A stretch of DNA of 63,986 nucleotides, counting the filler, from Reticulomyxa filosa (lineage: Eukaryota; Protista; Foraminifera), in assembly GCA_000512085.1 (NCBI GenBank). It is 22 parts of 22 records of this genome, joined end to end, with 100 filler letters (N's around TTAATTAATTAA, not from the genome) between each part and the next. Parts side by side here need not be neighbours in the genome. Positions count along the whole stretch, not along the records: positions 62,546 to 63,986 come from ASPP01038081.1; 21 more parts are not named here. One strand, written 5' to 3'. Of the stretch, positions 62,446 to 63,986 are shown one piece after another (the first letter of the stretch is position 1; every line of letters begins with the position of its first letter). Made by a program: the position numbers and the translations under genes. The notes beneath the pieces were generated by a model. That model was not told where the DNA came from. It ran no database searches and saw only the letters and a program-made list of their open reading frames with translations.

Positions 62446-63986
62446 NNNNNNNNNNNNNNNNNNNNNNNNNNNNNNNNNNNNNNNNNNNNTTAATTAATTA
62501 ANNNNNNNNNNNNNNNNNNNNNNNNNNNNNNNNNNNNNNNNNNNNTTGCATGTGCGTCGTCTTAGTCGTTGCTACTGCTACGCGATATCACAATCACGTC
62601 TTGTGCTGCTGCTCGAACAGTGGCAACACTTGCAATGGCCTTTGGCAAAGTATTTCTCACAACAGCAAAGAAAAAACGCTGTTGGACTTATCTCAACATA
62701 GAACGTAACAAGTAAAAAAAACCAAAAAAATCTATCATAAAGAAATGGCGGAAGATGATGAAGACAAGAAAGTGGAGGATTGAATTCGTTGTTTAAGATT
62801 ATCCATACGTATTCAAAGAAGCGTGTACGTCAAGATGAGAAAAGGAATATGTTTTTGGAGAACATAGAAGGGCACCTGGGACTCGGGGATGGTGTGTGCC
62901 GAGATAGAGATAGAGGGAAGGGCTGTATGTTGCAGTTATTGAGTGGACAAACAAATAAGCACGTGTGTTTGGGCGAGATGCAAGTAAACGGAACGAGATT
63001 GGCAGCGAGCGATGACAGAGTACCTACGTAACGTAGATTCATCACTGAGATGGACAATGACAGTCGAATATTGTGTGGACTTTACATCGAGATTGGCGTT
63101 GACATCGAACGTGAATAAAGTATTGAAGGAGGTTCAACTGACGAATGTGAAGCATTGTCGAATCGACGGGTGTGTAAAAAATGAGCCGATCAGCGCGGAA
63201 GATTGCGTGCGTGCGGAGAACAAAAAATGATGTTTTTGGACGAATTGACGGAACGTTTGGATCTGCTGTCGGCTGAGCAAGTGTTGCGAGATATCATTTC
63301 ATTAGTCAAAGTCAAGCTATTGACAGTTGCTTTTGGAAAAATGTCTGTTTCTCAGTAAATGGCATCGGCTGTACTTTGAAAGAGTATAATTCACTAGAGC
63401 AAAGATATCGTGTGTTGACAATGTCATTCGACAACTTAGTAAAATCGAACGGCAGCACAAAGCATCCAGCATCGAATCAAAGAAAAAAACCACAGTGTGC
63501 AAAATTCCACACACATATACAGCACATATGCATATAACATATATATATGTATATATGACGTCATGCAGCAAGTGCAACACTCCAATGTCGTTGAAAGTGG
63601 TGGAGTATCCTTGTCCTAGGAACCTATGTCTTTGTTCCTACAAAATGAAAAACACAATCATCTTCCAATACTACATTTTGTCTTTTTAAGCGACAATGAT
63701 TTTCCTCCTCATTACATCTATATTTAAACGTGTATACTATTATCAAAAGCTCTTTTACAGAATTTAATCAAGCTTTCACAAGAAAATCCGTTATTCAGTA
63801 TTTTTCTATTGTACAATTATTCATTTCTAACTTGGTTTCTTATGCTTGTCATCGTTATGCAAACATATCATTAATATTCTTTTGCATGGCAAACTTTTGA
63901 GTAATGAAATGAAAACAAAATGTTCTATATTTTCACAAAGGTTGATTTTTAATAAATATTTTTATTATAATAATTTTGTTTTAATG

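Noticed and set aside
1-63986. Operon, defence island, rRNA, tRNA or CRISPR array
   Set aside because: The DNA is eukaryotic with introns and the contigs are unlinked. No structured RNA gene or repeat-spacer array was seen by eye, although a covariance-model scan was not possible.

Overview
This window is not one locus. It is 22 short, unlinked eukaryotic contigs joined by an artificial 100-nt linker (44 N + TTAATTAATTAA + 44 N), so adjacency across linkers means nothing. The AT-rich DNA, short spliceosomal introns, frequent pseudogenes and expanded WD40, TPR, kelch-like, RING/TRAF and 7TM/RGS families suggest a foraminiferan such as Reticulomyxa filosa (inference from family resemblance, not a search). 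Recognisable genes: XRN1, WNK kinase, MED6, COPZ, ATP11, Ras GTPase, PP1 inhibitor-3, SCLY/NifS-like, ferroportin-like, DUSP, JmjC and 2OG-Fe(II) oxygenases, ZNRD2/SSSCA1, RNF213-like AAA+ fragments, a LOTUS-RRM protein and a decayed Tc1 transposase. Most notable: (1) about half of the reconstructable introns start GTT, often exactly GTTAAG, and many have A-rich rather than pyrimidine-rich acceptors; (2) perfect hairpins recur inside introns; (3) an unassigned membrane protein is built from about 10 D-x(15-17)-R repeats; (4) ubiquitin/immune-type architectures occur (RING/zf-TRAF-USP fusion, RNF213-like). Many single-base frameshifts lie in homopolymers and may be sequencing errors. All translations and alignments were done by eye.
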